Virus record (IMG/VR): IMGVR_UViG_3300050034_000081 | DNA: 64,000 bases | Strand: one strand, 5' to 3' | Origin: a virus | In this document: positions 36,038 through 44,750 of the stretch, one piece after another | Position numbering within the stretch: position 1 is the first letter of the stretch | How the letters are laid out: every line of letters starts with the position of its first letter | Position numbers and translations under genes: made by a program | Notes under the pieces: generated by a model | What the model was told of the DNA's origin: nothing | What the model saw: only the letters and a program-made list of their open reading frames with translations | Database searches by the model: none

Positions 36038-37060
36038 ATGACTGCATTACAACCATTAGTTATAGTTGGAACAGGATTTCTCACTGCTGGTGTTAAGATT
36101 GGCGATACCGTAGCTACGATAAGTGTAACTAATACTGCCTACACTACTACTAATTCAGGAAATCCATTAGTTAGTGGTAAATTATTATCAGTAGGAGCTA
36201 CACCAAATGCAGCAGTTTTTGCTTACGATTCTATTTTAGTAAGCGAAGTTACAAGTGAGACTTCTTTAAAGGCCATTCCATATGTAAATGGAGTAGCAAT
36301 TACAGATTCTTCACAGTCACCACAATATAATTTAGCATTAGCGACTGGTGATACTTTCACTTATCAAGTTATACATTATCTTACCAAAGATGAACAAGTA
36401 ACTTCTATTGCAGCTACAGCTTCTTCTTATGCTTCAAAACGCGTTCTTTATATTTGGCCTCCAGAAGCATATTGGGATTCAGCTTTAACTGAAACCGTGA
36501 ATGGATCTGCTCTTGCTGCTTGTACCGCTGCTGCTATGGCAACTTACCCCGCACAGCAATCATTTACCAATTTAGGTTTTGGTGGACCTTATAAATTACT
36601 TTATTCAAATACTTATTTTACACCTACTCAGTTAAATAAACTTAGCGAAAATGGAGTTTTCGTTTTAGTACAAGATACTCCAGGTGGCAATATCTATAGT
36701 CGTCATCAGAAAACAACTAGTACGGTTTCTATTCAGGAACAAGAATTCAGTATTACTAAAGCAGTAGATAAACTTTCGTTAGACTTATACTCATCTACCA
36801 AACCTTATATCGGTAAGTATAATATTAATCAGGACTTACTTACCCAGATAGCTTCAGTACTTGATTTATATATGTATAGTGCTCAGTCTAATAAATCTGC
36901 TTATTGTGGTGCTTTGATTATTAGTTATGCTACGCCAACTCTTCGCGCTAATTTAGATGGTGCTAATACCGATCTTACTGTAGGTACTATTGAAATTTCC
37001 GTAACTGTCGAAATTGGATATCCTGCAAACTTTGTAAATATTCTGCTTTACGTTAATTAA
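36038..37060 (+). CDS. Tail sheath protein, C-terminal half
   Basis: FTPTQLNKLSENGVFVL...RHQKTT...EFSITKAVD...IEISVTVEIGYPANFVNILL are sheath C-terminal motifs; own AGGAGA RBS. Confidence 0.75.
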   Translation: MTALQPLVIVGTGFLTAGVKIGDTVATISVTNTAYTTTNSGNPLVSGKLLSVGATPNAAVFAYDSILVSEVTSETSLKAIPYVNGVAITDSSQSPQYNLALATGDTFTYQVIHYLTKDEQVTSIAATASSYASKRVLYIWPPEAYWDSALTETVNGSALAACTAAAMATYPAQQSFTNLGFGGPYKLLYSNTYFTPTQLNKLSENGVFVLVQDTPGGNIYSRHQKTTSTVSIQEQEFSITKAVDKLSLDLYSSTKPYIGKYNINQDLLTQIASVLDLYMYSAQSNKSAYCGALIISYATPTLRANLDGANTDLTVGTIEISVTVEIGYPANFVNILLYVN

Positions 37061-37072
37061 AAAGGATTAGAT

Positions 37073-37792
37073 ATGACTCTTTCTATTGCTGATGTTTTAG
37101 GATCTGGGGATGGCACTTCAACTTGGAGTTGGAAAGAGAACTTCGTCCAGTTAGATGAAAATATGGCCACCCCTGGATTGTTTATTGCTGCTGAATCTAC
37201 ACTTATTGCTTTTGGACCAGCTAAGGCTACTGCCGCTTTTGATGTAGTTAGAATTGGTTTAACTCCAAATATTGCAATTAGTCAACAGATTCCACAGCAA
37301 CGATTACCTGAGATTGGATCAATGAGAGTGCATATTTTAAATGGCACTCCAGTTGGTGGTGGCTCAATGTCACGTCTTGTATATAACGGACCATCATTAG
37401 CTCGTTCTTGTTATGGTAATATCTATGATGATAATGGAAACTTAACATCAATTGGTATTACTGGTATGATGACTGACTCAGGAACTGCACAGACGTACGT
37501 TGCTAATGCATGGAGTAATATTACTAGCAATCCTGATAAGGTAATGCAGGCAGATTCAAATACGAATTTGTGGATGTCAATGTGGGACGTTAGGCTTCGC
37601 ACACCCTTCGGAATCTGTATTTATATGCAAGACATAGCTAATCATGCAGTAGGTGGAATTTATGCAGAAGGAGTTAAAATCAATTCTCATAACTTTAATC
37701 AATCTGCTGGACAGTTGATTATGGTTGAAGGTATTAGTTTTGCATTCGATCGTTTAGTTCCGGTAAAGGGTACGGGAACTTCTTCATCTTAA
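37073..37792 (+). CDS. Tail tube protein
   Basis: Follows the sheath; IGLTPNIAISQQIPQQRLPEIGS motif; less AT-biased codon usage suggests high expression. Confidence 0.75.
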   Translation: MTLSIADVLGSGDGTSTWSWKENFVQLDENMATPGLFIAAESTLIAFGPAKATAAFDVVRIGLTPNIAISQQIPQQRLPEIGSMRVHILNGTPVGGGSMSRLVYNGPSLARSCYGNIYDDNGNLTSIGITGMMTDSGTAQTYVANAWSNITSNPDKVMQADSNTNLWMSMWDVRLRTPFGICIYMQDIANHAVGGIYAEGVKINSHNFNQSAGQLIMVEGISFAFDRLVPVKGTGTSSS

Positions 37793-37814
37793 TTATAGAT
37801 TATATCTTAAATAT

Positions 37815-37841
37815 AAAAGACCTCTTATTGAGGTCTTTTTT
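37815..37841. terminator. Rho-independent terminator
   Basis: AAAAGACCTC-TTATT-GAGGTCTTTTTT. Confidence 0.85.
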
Positions 37842-37846
37842 ATTAT

Positions 37847-37876
37847 CTGCAATTATTAGAATAATTTTGTTATAAT
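37847..37876 (+). promoter_or_regulatory. Class A phage promoter
   Basis: CTGCAA, 18 nt, TGtTATAAT, ATAAATGGAGG. Confidence 0.7.
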
Positions 37877-38025
37877 ATAAATGGAGGTAATATAATGTGG
37901 TATAAAATTATAATTATCTGGTTTAGTTTTCTAATATTGATTTTTGGTAGAATATATTGGATTAATAGAAAAAAGAAATCAGTAATTATTTTTAAAGATA
38001 ATAAAGCTAATAATGTATTAAGAAA

Positions 38026-38100
38026 TGTCAAGACAAGCTCGCATTTTCACCCCTTATATCCCCGCCCTAAAGGACGGGGTTTCACGGGGCTTACCGATAA
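38026..38100 (-). mobile_element. Solo IS200/IS605 left end
   Basis: Reverse strand reads TTAT-CGGTAAGCCCCGT-GAAA-CCCCGTCCTTTAGGGCGGGG-ATATAAGG...TTGACA, the same layout as the left end at 10741-10790. Confidence 0.75.
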
Positions 38101-38101
38101 C

Positions 38102-38131
38102 AAAAAAAAGACCCTTTTGGGTCTTTTTTTT
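38102..38131. terminator. Bidirectional terminator
   Basis: AAAAAAAAGACCC-TTTT-GGGTCTTTTTTTT; near-identical to 2416-2440. Confidence 0.85.
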
Positions 38132-38133
38132 AG

Positions 38134-38970
38134 CTATAACTTAAATGCAATCATCTGGCCTTCCATTCGAGTATCAGGTACTATTGGAATCCAAATAAAT
38201 AAAACATTTTTATTTTGAAAAACAATATTAACTTTATTTCGTAAATCAGTTCCAGTAATTGGATCCATAATTCTTACATCGACATCTGAATTTAAATTGT
38301 GATAGAAATTTATTACGTAACGATTATTTATCGGATCGAGGGTCCAATTGCTCATTACAAATACAAATGGGTCGGTTTTCTGGGGTGTCTGGGGTCTACC
38401 GCTGGGACCATTCGGGCCTAGAATACCACCAGGAACGGCAGACATAGAGGAAGTTCCCGTAGCAGTTAAATAGTCTGGACCAGTATAAAGTCCTGAGTAA
38501 TCCCAAAGCATATATTCAGCACTTTTAACAATACCAAATGTACGTCCATAATTAATTGCAAGTTTAAATTCATATTTTTTCTTTTCTACTAATTGAGCCC
38601 ACATACCAGCTACACCCATATAAGCTGGACCCTTCGTCCATGGACTAGTAGTAATACCACTATCATTAAATTGCAATTCATTTCTATATTGTAATACACC
38701 AGCAGACTGCAAAATAAACATAGCACTTGCCACAATTAACCAATCCATAACTGGAAAATTAGTTAATCCAACGTGAGTTAAAAGTGGTGGAGTGCTATTC
38801 CAATCACTAATAGCCATATTAATAGCTAATTTAATTTCATCATCATCTGTTTCTTCTTTTTTAATTAAAGCATTTAATTTAGGTTTATCTCGAAGAAACA
38901 TGCGAATAAGATTAATTAAAATTTGTGGAGTCATTTGACCATTTGGAAAGGTCTGGGGTGGATTAATCAT
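38134..38970 (-). CDS. Head-tail adaptor / head completion protein
   Basis: IRMFLRDKPKLNALI...DDEIKLAINMAISDWNSTPP helical adaptor-like motif; downstream of the capsid gene. Confidence 0.55.
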   Translation of the reverse strand: MINPPQTFPNGQMTPQILINLIRMFLRDKPKLNALIKKEETDDDEIKLAINMAISDWNSTPPLLTHVGLTNFPVMDWLIVASAMFILQSAGVLQYRNELQFNDSGITTSPWTKGPAYMGVAGMWAQLVEKKKYEFKLAINYGRTFGIVKSAEYMLWDYSGLYTGPDYLTATGTSSMSAVPGGILGPNGPSGRPQTPQKTDPFVFVMSNWTLDPINNRYVINFYHNLNSDVDVRIMDPITGTDLRNKVNIVFQNKNVLFIWIPIVPDTRMEGQMIAFKL

Positions 38971-39006
38971 GTGAGTTACCTCTATCTGATTATATCATAA
39001 AACAAC

Positions 39007-39029
39007 AAAAACCGCTAGAAGCGGTTTTT
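39007..39029. terminator. Rho-independent terminator
   Basis: AAAAACCGC-TAGAA-GCGGTTTTT. Confidence 0.8.
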
Positions 39030-39051
39030 AGTTGTTTCATATTATAACAAT

Positions 39052-39423
39052 TTACTTTTTATCATCTGAAGAAGGAGGAGTTACTACTTTTTTAACTTCT
39101 TTCTTAGGCTCTTCAACAATATAATTAGATGGGATTCCATTAATAATAGTAGGTTGAGTATTTTCCCAATCAATTAAACTAACAGGAGCATTTTCGCCTT
39201 CAGGAGGATTTAAAGATTTGTAACTTTTATTAAATAATTCCTGACGAGAAATAAACTTAAAAGCTTCAGCCTCTTCATGAGAATCTTTAACAATAACGAG
39301 ACCGCGTTTAACTAGATCATTTAAGATATGCTTTTTACTATCTTCAATAAATCCAATCTGCCCCTCTTTTAACGAAAGACCTTCTCCAGTAATATGACCA
39401 AACAAAGCTTTGACATACGACAT
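39052..39423 (-). CDS. Hypothetical head-module protein
   Basis: AGGAG RBS; follows the capsid gene. Confidence 0.55.
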   Translation of the reverse strand: MSYVKALFGHITGEGLSLKEGQIGFIEDSKKHILNDLVKRGLVIVKDSHEEAEAFKFISRQELFNKSYKSLNPPEGENAPVSLIDWENTQPTIINGIPSNYIVEEPKKEVKKVVTPPSSDDKK

Positions 39424-39436
39424 ATGTAACTCCTAT

Positions 39437-40357
39437 TTAAGTGAGAGAGGCAATACCAGTAACCTTAGCAACTGAGGCAACGTTACCAATTTCAGCACCC
39501 TGATCAGCCCATGAATACCATTCGAGAATATTAGCTTCACGCTTCATTTCCTGTTGAACATCACCCAGGATAAAGTTAGAACCTAAAAATTCAGGCATTG
39601 CAATGGCATAGATACTATCATCAGGCCATACGCTATTAGCGGTAGTGGAGTTAATCGAAGTGATAACTTCATAACCTAAGAATGTCTTTTCCGCAGCAAC
39701 GCCATTCAGCGCAATACGTCCAACATTCTCATAACCAATCTTATCAGGTTCGAGCTTAGCCAGGTCCAGCCAAGTTGATTCTGTCATAATAAGGCGAGCA
39801 ACTCTACGCCGTTTACCAAGCACCTGACGAACCGCTGTAATAACTGCATTCTTAAAGTTATCTTTTACGGCACCAGCAGTAGCAGCAGAGGTATTACCGG
39901 AAGCGGCTACGGAAGCATCAAGTCTAATCTTAAAGAGAGCATCAAGCTGTTCCTGCATATCCAGTACGAAGTTGTTATTCACAACATCCATAAGAGGATA
40001 ACGCATTGTCATTAATTCTTCACGGGTCTTCTTAAAGTGCTGAGTTTCAATCTTGGTAAAGTAAACTTCATACTTTCTGCCTTCCATAAAGTTAGCAGAA
40101 CCCTTACCACGGAAGCCAAGAGTGAAAGCTTTAGAATCGGGCTCAATCTCAACGCGCTTCAGAGGCCAGTCATTAGTAGTATTACGTTCAATCTGCGCTT
40201 CGGTAAGTACTACAGGAGGAATAGCGCGATTTAATACGCTAGTCTCACGAAGGCGATCACGAATAAAATCCTCAGTAAGAGCGGCTACCTTCTCCATACC
40301 GGAAGCTGATTTTCCGGTAAATACATCCCAAAGCTGGGAAGCCATCATATTACTCAT
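39437..40357 (-). CDS. Major capsid protein (HK97-fold)
   Basis: 306 aa, higher-GC optimised codons, FIRDRLRETSVLNRAIPP start and GAEIGNVASVAKV end; lies after protease, scaffold and decoration genes. Confidence 0.8.
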   Translation of the reverse strand: MSNMMASQLWDVFTGKSASGMEKVAALTEDFIRDRLRETSVLNRAIPPVVLTEAQIERNTTNDWPLKRVEIEPDSKAFTLGFRGKGSANFMEGRKYEVYFTKIETQHFKKTREELMTMRYPLMDVVNNNFVLDMQEQLDALFKIRLDASVAASGNTSAATAGAVKDNFKNAVITAVRQVLGKRRRVARLIMTESTWLDLAKLEPDKIGYENVGRIALNGVAAEKTFLGYEVITSINSTTANSVWPDDSIYAIAMPEFLGSNFILGDVQQEMKREANILEWYSWADQGAEIGNVASVAKVTGIASLT

Positions 40358-40390
40358 AATTAAAATCTCCTATTTAATTTTTAATTTATC

Positions 40391-40825
40391 TTAAAAGGTT
40401 ACGATACGATAAACCGAAGTGCTAATACCCTGAGCATCATTAGCAATGCTGTAACTATCAGCTACCTGACCTTTAACTAAATTAGCATCGCCAGGAAGAC
40501 TAGCTGCAATAAGTAAACCGGCAGTAGCACCAGTGCCAGGCTTAAGATAAGAACCAATGGCAGGTGATCCAGAAACCTGATCAGTTTCAGCTTCCATGAC
40601 ACCATAAACTACGGTATAAGAACCGGAAGTCTGACTTAACAGATCTTCAAAGATGAAACCAATTGAAGATCCAAGACCTACGGTGCTATTATCAGATTTA
40701 GCAATAGTATTAGAAGTACCAGTTAACTGAACAACCGTACCTTTAACCAGTCCGGCGGGGCCAGAACGGCTAGTGATCATTACTGAGTGAGAACCTTCCT
40801 GAAGGCCACTGAGAATGTTAAACAT
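40391..40825 (-). CDS. Capsid decoration / cement protein
   Basis: 144 aa Gly-rich beta protein directly upstream of the MCP, AGGAG RBS. Confidence 0.65.
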   Translation of the reverse strand: MFNILSGLQEGSHSVMITSRSGPAGLVKGTVVQLTGTSNTIAKSDNSTVGLGSSIGFIFEDLLSQTSGSYTVVYGVMEAETDQVSGSPAIGSYLKPGTGATAGLLIAASLPGDANLVKGQVADSYSIANDAQGISTSVYRIVTF

Positions 40826-40850
40826 ATTTTATATCTCCTTGATATAATGG

Positions 40851-41234
40851 TTAATTTTCGTCAAGTCCTAATTCACCCATTAACGCAGCTTGCTTTTCCA
40901 TGAATGAATCAATTGCTTTAGAGCCTGAAATTGGAATTACTTTTTCTTCTGTATATACGGAACCAAAAGATCTATTCTGTCTCATAATAGAGGCCATTTT
41001 TACCATGGCATCGATACTTTCACCTGATTCGCTCGCAGTCTTAATCATATCAGAAGCCTGATTAAAAGACACGCCTAATTTAACGGCCACTTCCTCCGCT
41101 TTCTTGGACATATCTTCGTCTTTTCCCTTAGACTGAATCTGAGCAGTTAATTCTTGAATAATAGCAGCAGATTCATCTAAAAGCTGTAAAGCATCCTGAA
41201 GCGGATCTGATTGACCTTGCTGAACTGGGTCCAT
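40851..41234 (-). CDS. Scaffold-like acidic protein with K-x-A motifs
   Basis: SKKAE, IKTAS, VKMAS; coiled-coil. Confidence 0.55.
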   Translation of the reverse strand: MDPVQQGQSDPLQDALQLLDESAAIIQELTAQIQSKGKDEDMSKKAEEVAVKLGVSFNQASDMIKTASESGESIDAMVKMASIMRQNRSFGSVYTEEKVIPISGSKAIDSFMEKQAALMGELGLDEN

Positions 41235-41235
41235 T

Positions 41236-41640
41236 TTAATTTACCTCTTTAAAAAGTTTAGATCCTCTAGCCGAAACTAACGAAGCTAAAGAGGCTAATT
41301 TAATTTGCGTTCCATCAGGTCTTTGAATCATTACTGTGCTATTACCAGATGTAGTAGCTCCTACAGCTTGAGCAGCGGCAGCTTCGGCAGGTTGATCTTC
41401 CTGATTAGGCTGCGCATTAGGATCACCTTCTGCTGGAGTCCCACCCTGAGATAAAGCAGCTTTAAACTGTTCTACTTTCTGTAAAAAGGCTTGAGCGGTA
41501 GTTAAAATATCACCACCACCCTGTTCCTGATTAGATGGAGCATCGGGCGCACCATTTTCATCATTAGCTGACTTTTCTAAATCCGAACCAATCTCAGATT
41601 CGGCTTCTGCTAAAAGTTTATCAATAAAACTATCACTCAT
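41236..41640 (-). CDS. Acidic head protein with K-x-A motifs
   Basis: Start ATG 41640 after GGAG; LEKSAN, IKLAS. Confidence 0.55.
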   Translation of the reverse strand: MSDSFIDKLLAEAESEIGSDLEKSANDENGAPDAPSNQEQGGGDILTTAQAFLQKVEQFKAALSQGGTPAEGDPNAQPNQEDQPAEAAAAQAVGATTSGNSTVMIQRPDGTQIKLASLASLVSARGSKLFKEVN

Positions 41641-41641
41641 A

Positions 41642-42205
41642 TTAAGCTCCCACCATGGCATTTAATTCATCGGAAAGAGCAGTAGCAGTTTCCTCATCAA
41701 TAAGTTTTTTCATAAAACCATCTTGTAATCCTACTTTAACCATTTTTATTAATTCCTGAATAGCATCAGGATATTGCTCACCAACGGCTTTTACAAATGG
41801 CATAATCTTATTAGATTGCCCTTCTTCTAAAGCTTCATCAATTGCATTTTTAATATCCTGAGCCCTCATACCGCCTGGAGTAGTAGTTGGGTCCATTGTT
41901 TCATTAGTTTTATTACCAGTAGCAGGAGTACTATCTATTTTAACATTTTCATCTTCTACAGCAGCTTGTTCTGCACTTTCCTCATTAGGATTATCGGTAT
42001 TTTCAACCTCTTCCTTTGGTTCTTTCTTTTCAGATAATTCTTCGGCAATCTTTTCTAAGACAAGCTGTGCTGTATAATTTGCGGTCTTTTCTAACAAAGG
42101 AAAGATAGCATCTATTACTTTATTAACCATTTCATCTTGAGCTTCGGACGCGAGTTTTTGCAAGACCTCTGGCTCTGTTTTTTCTATAAATTCTTTGAGA
42201 TCCAT
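41642..42205 (-). CDS. Acidic head protein with K-x-A motifs
   Basis: QKLAS, EKTAN, EKIAE. Confidence 0.55.
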   Translation of the reverse strand: MDLKEFIEKTEPEVLQKLASEAQDEMVNKVIDAIFPLLEKTANYTAQLVLEKIAEELSEKKEPKEEVENTDNPNEESAEQAAVEDENVKIDSTPATGNKTNETMDPTTTPGGMRAQDIKNAIDEALEEGQSNKIMPFVKAVGEQYPDAIQELIKMVKVGLQDGFMKKLIDEETATALSDELNAMVGA

Positions 42206-43929
42206 TATTTTTTATCCTTAAAAATTTTGCTTACGCCAGTTGTTAAATCATTAGATACATTCTTAATAGCTTTATAACTATTCTTTGCACCAGCCATTCC
42301 CATTGCGGCACCAACAATTCCCATTTTACCAGGGTTGTTAGCAATAGTTCTACCTAAAACTCCAACAGGATATCCTTGTTGCATTTTATTTTGGTAGTGG
42401 GCACTAGCAATATATGGAGCTGCAAAACCAATAGCTCCTTTAGTTAATAATCCTTTGCCTGAATTCCAGAAACCAGGAACTGCGGCAGCTTGTTTATTTA
42501 ACTCTTCATTAGTAAATGGATTATTACTAATATATTTATCAGACTCTTTATTGTCTCTAATCATTTGAGAAATACCAGAACCTAATAAACCATAAGCGCT
42601 AAATTTACTTTCAGCGTTATTACGATATAATAAATATAATGCAGAAAGAATAGATCCAAGACCTATAGTTCTAGTCATTTCAGCTTCTTTGCGTAAACCC
42701 TTTTCAGTATTATAAATTCTATCTCCAACACATCCAATAGATCTTTCATCTAATATATGAGTAGGAATTTCATTAGATAATTTAACGGCTTTATGTGTAA
42801 TATCAATATCAGCTAAAGAATGCAATTCTTCATCTAATCCTTTTACATCAGGATTTTTAATAACTGCTTTAGTATGATAAAACTCTTGAGCTAAATCATC
42901 TCGCTTAGAATTTTTTAATAAAATATAAGCAAACTCATTTGGCTTAGCAATAATGCCAGCATGAGTTAAAGCGCCCCAAGCTTCAGAAGGTTTAAGTTTA
43001 GCTAATTCTTCCATTAATTTATGAGGTAAATCTCTTTCAGTATTACATACTTTAGCTATTGCACCTTCAATATGAGTTGGCATTTCTTTGTAAAGAGTAG
43101 AATGTTTTTCTATCTCTTCTGCTTCTTTATCAAATTGTCCAATATCATAATAATCAGCAAGATCTAAACTAAATTCAAAATCTGTACTAGCTACCTTTTC
43201 TAATTGCATACCAGCCAGAAATGCTGGTCTATTTACTTTACTAATATCAAAAAATCTAGGAAATAAATTTTCAGCATAGACTTTACGACCATCTTCCAAT
43301 ATTTTACCCATCTGAAATTTAAGATGAGGACAGTATTTCATAATAGAAGTATTATGTTGATGACAAATGGAGCAACGATCCCAAGGAAGTTTGGCTCCCA
43401 TGGAAACTGCTACTAATTGATTAGCGTCAATCATTCCTGCGGTTTCAGGATCTTTTTTTCTATCTACTCCAATGATAAGTAAAACTGTATGCATTTTGGG
43501 ATTCCAAATTGCATTTGGTACATATCCATATACCTGATCACCATTTTCGGGTTTGTTATGGTGATGTTTATAAAATCCGGCATCTTCAAATGACTTATAA
43601 CGTAACTTAGCTTTTATTCTATCGTTTAATCTTTCATCTTTAGGTGAAACTTCATCCCAAACAGGAGTATTCTGTAATCCTAATAATGAATCATAAGGAA
43701 AATAGTCATGATTTTTATTATCGCCAAAAGTTTCACCATCACTCATGGCGGTAACTAATATATAACTATGATCTTTCTTACGTTTTAAATTTTTAATAGC
43801 CTCATCAACTTCTTTAGGAAGATCGCGTTTTGTCGCAGTCTTAATAAAATCGTTCTCATATCTATCTTCTAATGAGATAGATAATTGAAGATCTTCTGGT
43901 ATGTTAGTTGATGAGAGTAATTTGTACAT
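42205..43929 (-). CDS. Prohead maturation protease with C-terminal extensions
   Basis: DNKNHDYF...HHHNK...VAVSMGAK...CSICH...CPHL...FFDISKVNRPA resembles herpes/HK97-type phage prohead proteases; the domain ends at LEKVAS. Confidence 0.7.
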   Translation of the reverse strand: MYKLLSSTNIPEDLQLSISLEDRYENDFIKTATKRDLPKEVDEAIKNLKRKKDHSYILVTAMSDGETFGDNKNHDYFPYDSLLGLQNTPVWDEVSPKDERLNDRIKAKLRYKSFEDAGFYKHHHNKPENGDQVYGYVPNAIWNPKMHTVLLIIGVDRKKDPETAGMIDANQLVAVSMGAKLPWDRCSICHQHNTSIMKYCPHLKFQMGKILEDGRKVYAENLFPRFFDISKVNRPAFLAGMQLEKVASTDFEFSLDLADYYDIGQFDKEAEEIEKHSTLYKEMPTHIEGAIAKVCNTERDLPHKLMEELAKLKPSEAWGALTHAGIIAKPNEFAYILLKNSKRDDLAQEFYHTKAVIKNPDVKGLDEELHSLADIDITHKAVKLSNEIPTHILDERSIGCVGDRIYNTEKGLRKEAEMTRTIGLGSILSALYLLYRNNAESKFSAYGLLGSGISQMIRDNKESDKYISNNPFTNEELNKQAAAVPGFWNSGKGLLTKGAIGFAAPYIASAHYQNKMQQGYPVGVLGRTIANNPGKMGIVGAAMGMAGAKNSYKAIKNVSNDLTTGVSKIFKDKK

Positions 43930-43935
43930 TTTTAA

Positions 43936-44133
43936 TTATTTATCTTTCTTCTTTTTATTATGTAAATAATTACTTAATCCCATTCCAGCAGCACCACCTG
44001 CGCCGCCAGCCATCAATCCTCTTTTAAGACCTTTTTTAAGACCTTTTTTAAGACCTTCTTCAAGACCCTGTTTTATACCATCATTTTTAGCAGCTTGATA
44101 ATACCAATCATAAGAAAGTTTAATAAGACTCAT
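43936..44133 (-). CDS. MSLIKLS-leader small basic protein
   Basis: GLEEGLKKGLKKGLKRG repeat, MAGGAGGAAGMG, ends KKKDK. Confidence 0.65.
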   Translation of the reverse strand: MSLIKLSYDWYYQAAKNDGIKQGLEEGLKKGLKKGLKRGLMAGGAGGAAGMGLSNYLHNKKKKDK

Positions 44134-44134
44134 A

Positions 44135-44488
44135 TTATTTCGCCTTTAAAGCAAGAGATTTAAGTTTGCCGACAAAAGGAAGAATTTCGGCTTTAGGTAA
44201 TGGTTTTTTAAGCGCACTAGAAATACCAGCTTTTACAGCATCATCTAATCTTAACGGTCCAGTCTTTTTTAATCCCTGTAAACGCTGTCTCATTACACCT
44301 AATTTAGAAGGATCTTTTTTAGCAGCAGCAACAGCATCTGTAGCAAGATTATAATGAAGTCCCTGTTCAGGATTCATAGTCTTACCAATAGCCATTTGCA
44401 TAGGATTAACTGCACCATCTTTTTCAAGAATAGATGCGAGTTTATATAATTCTAAATCATCATATTTTAATGCAATTTCTTTAATCAT
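44135..44488 (-). CDS. Small basic protein with K-x-A motif
   Basis: Start ATG 44488 overlapping the upstream gene; LYKLAS. Confidence 0.55.
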   Translation of the reverse strand: MIKEIALKYDDLELYKLASILEKDGAVNPMQMAIGKTMNPEQGLHYNLATDAVAAAKKDPSKLGVMRQRLQGLKKTGPLRLDDAVKAGISSALKKPLPKAEILPFVGKLKSLALKAK

Positions 44489-44750
44489 GCTTTTTTCCAG
44501 CCTTAAGGGCAGCTCCAACACCCAAAGCAGCACTTCCGTAAAGAGCAGCGCTAGGAGCTAAAGATTTTAAGCCAGATTTAGTAGTAGCAAAATGTTTAAG
44601 TTTATCAGCGGCAGTAGGAAGTCTACGTAACGAAGTTAAAGTACTATTCTCAAGACGATGAGCCTCAGATTTAATGGCCGTACCTTTAGCCGCATTTACA
44701 ACAGCATCTTTAATCCCAGAAAGATTAAAAGCAAGTTTTACGATAGACAT
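44481..44750 (-). CDS. MSIVKLA-leader small basic protein
   Basis: C-terminal AALYGSAALGVGAALKAGKK. Confidence 0.65.
   Translation of the reverse strand: MSIVKLAFNLSGIKDAVVNAAKGTAIKSEAHRLENSTLTSLRRLPTAADKLKHFATTKSGLKSLAPSAALYGSAALGVGAALKAGKKHD

Larger units (their letters stand above)
37895..38218 (+). pseudogene. Small membrane-protein gene disrupted by an IS end remnant
   Basis: N-terminal TM (IIIIWFSFLILIFGRIYWI); the frame then runs through an IS hairpin (PRPKGRGF), a terminator and into the antisense gene. Confidence 0.5.
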
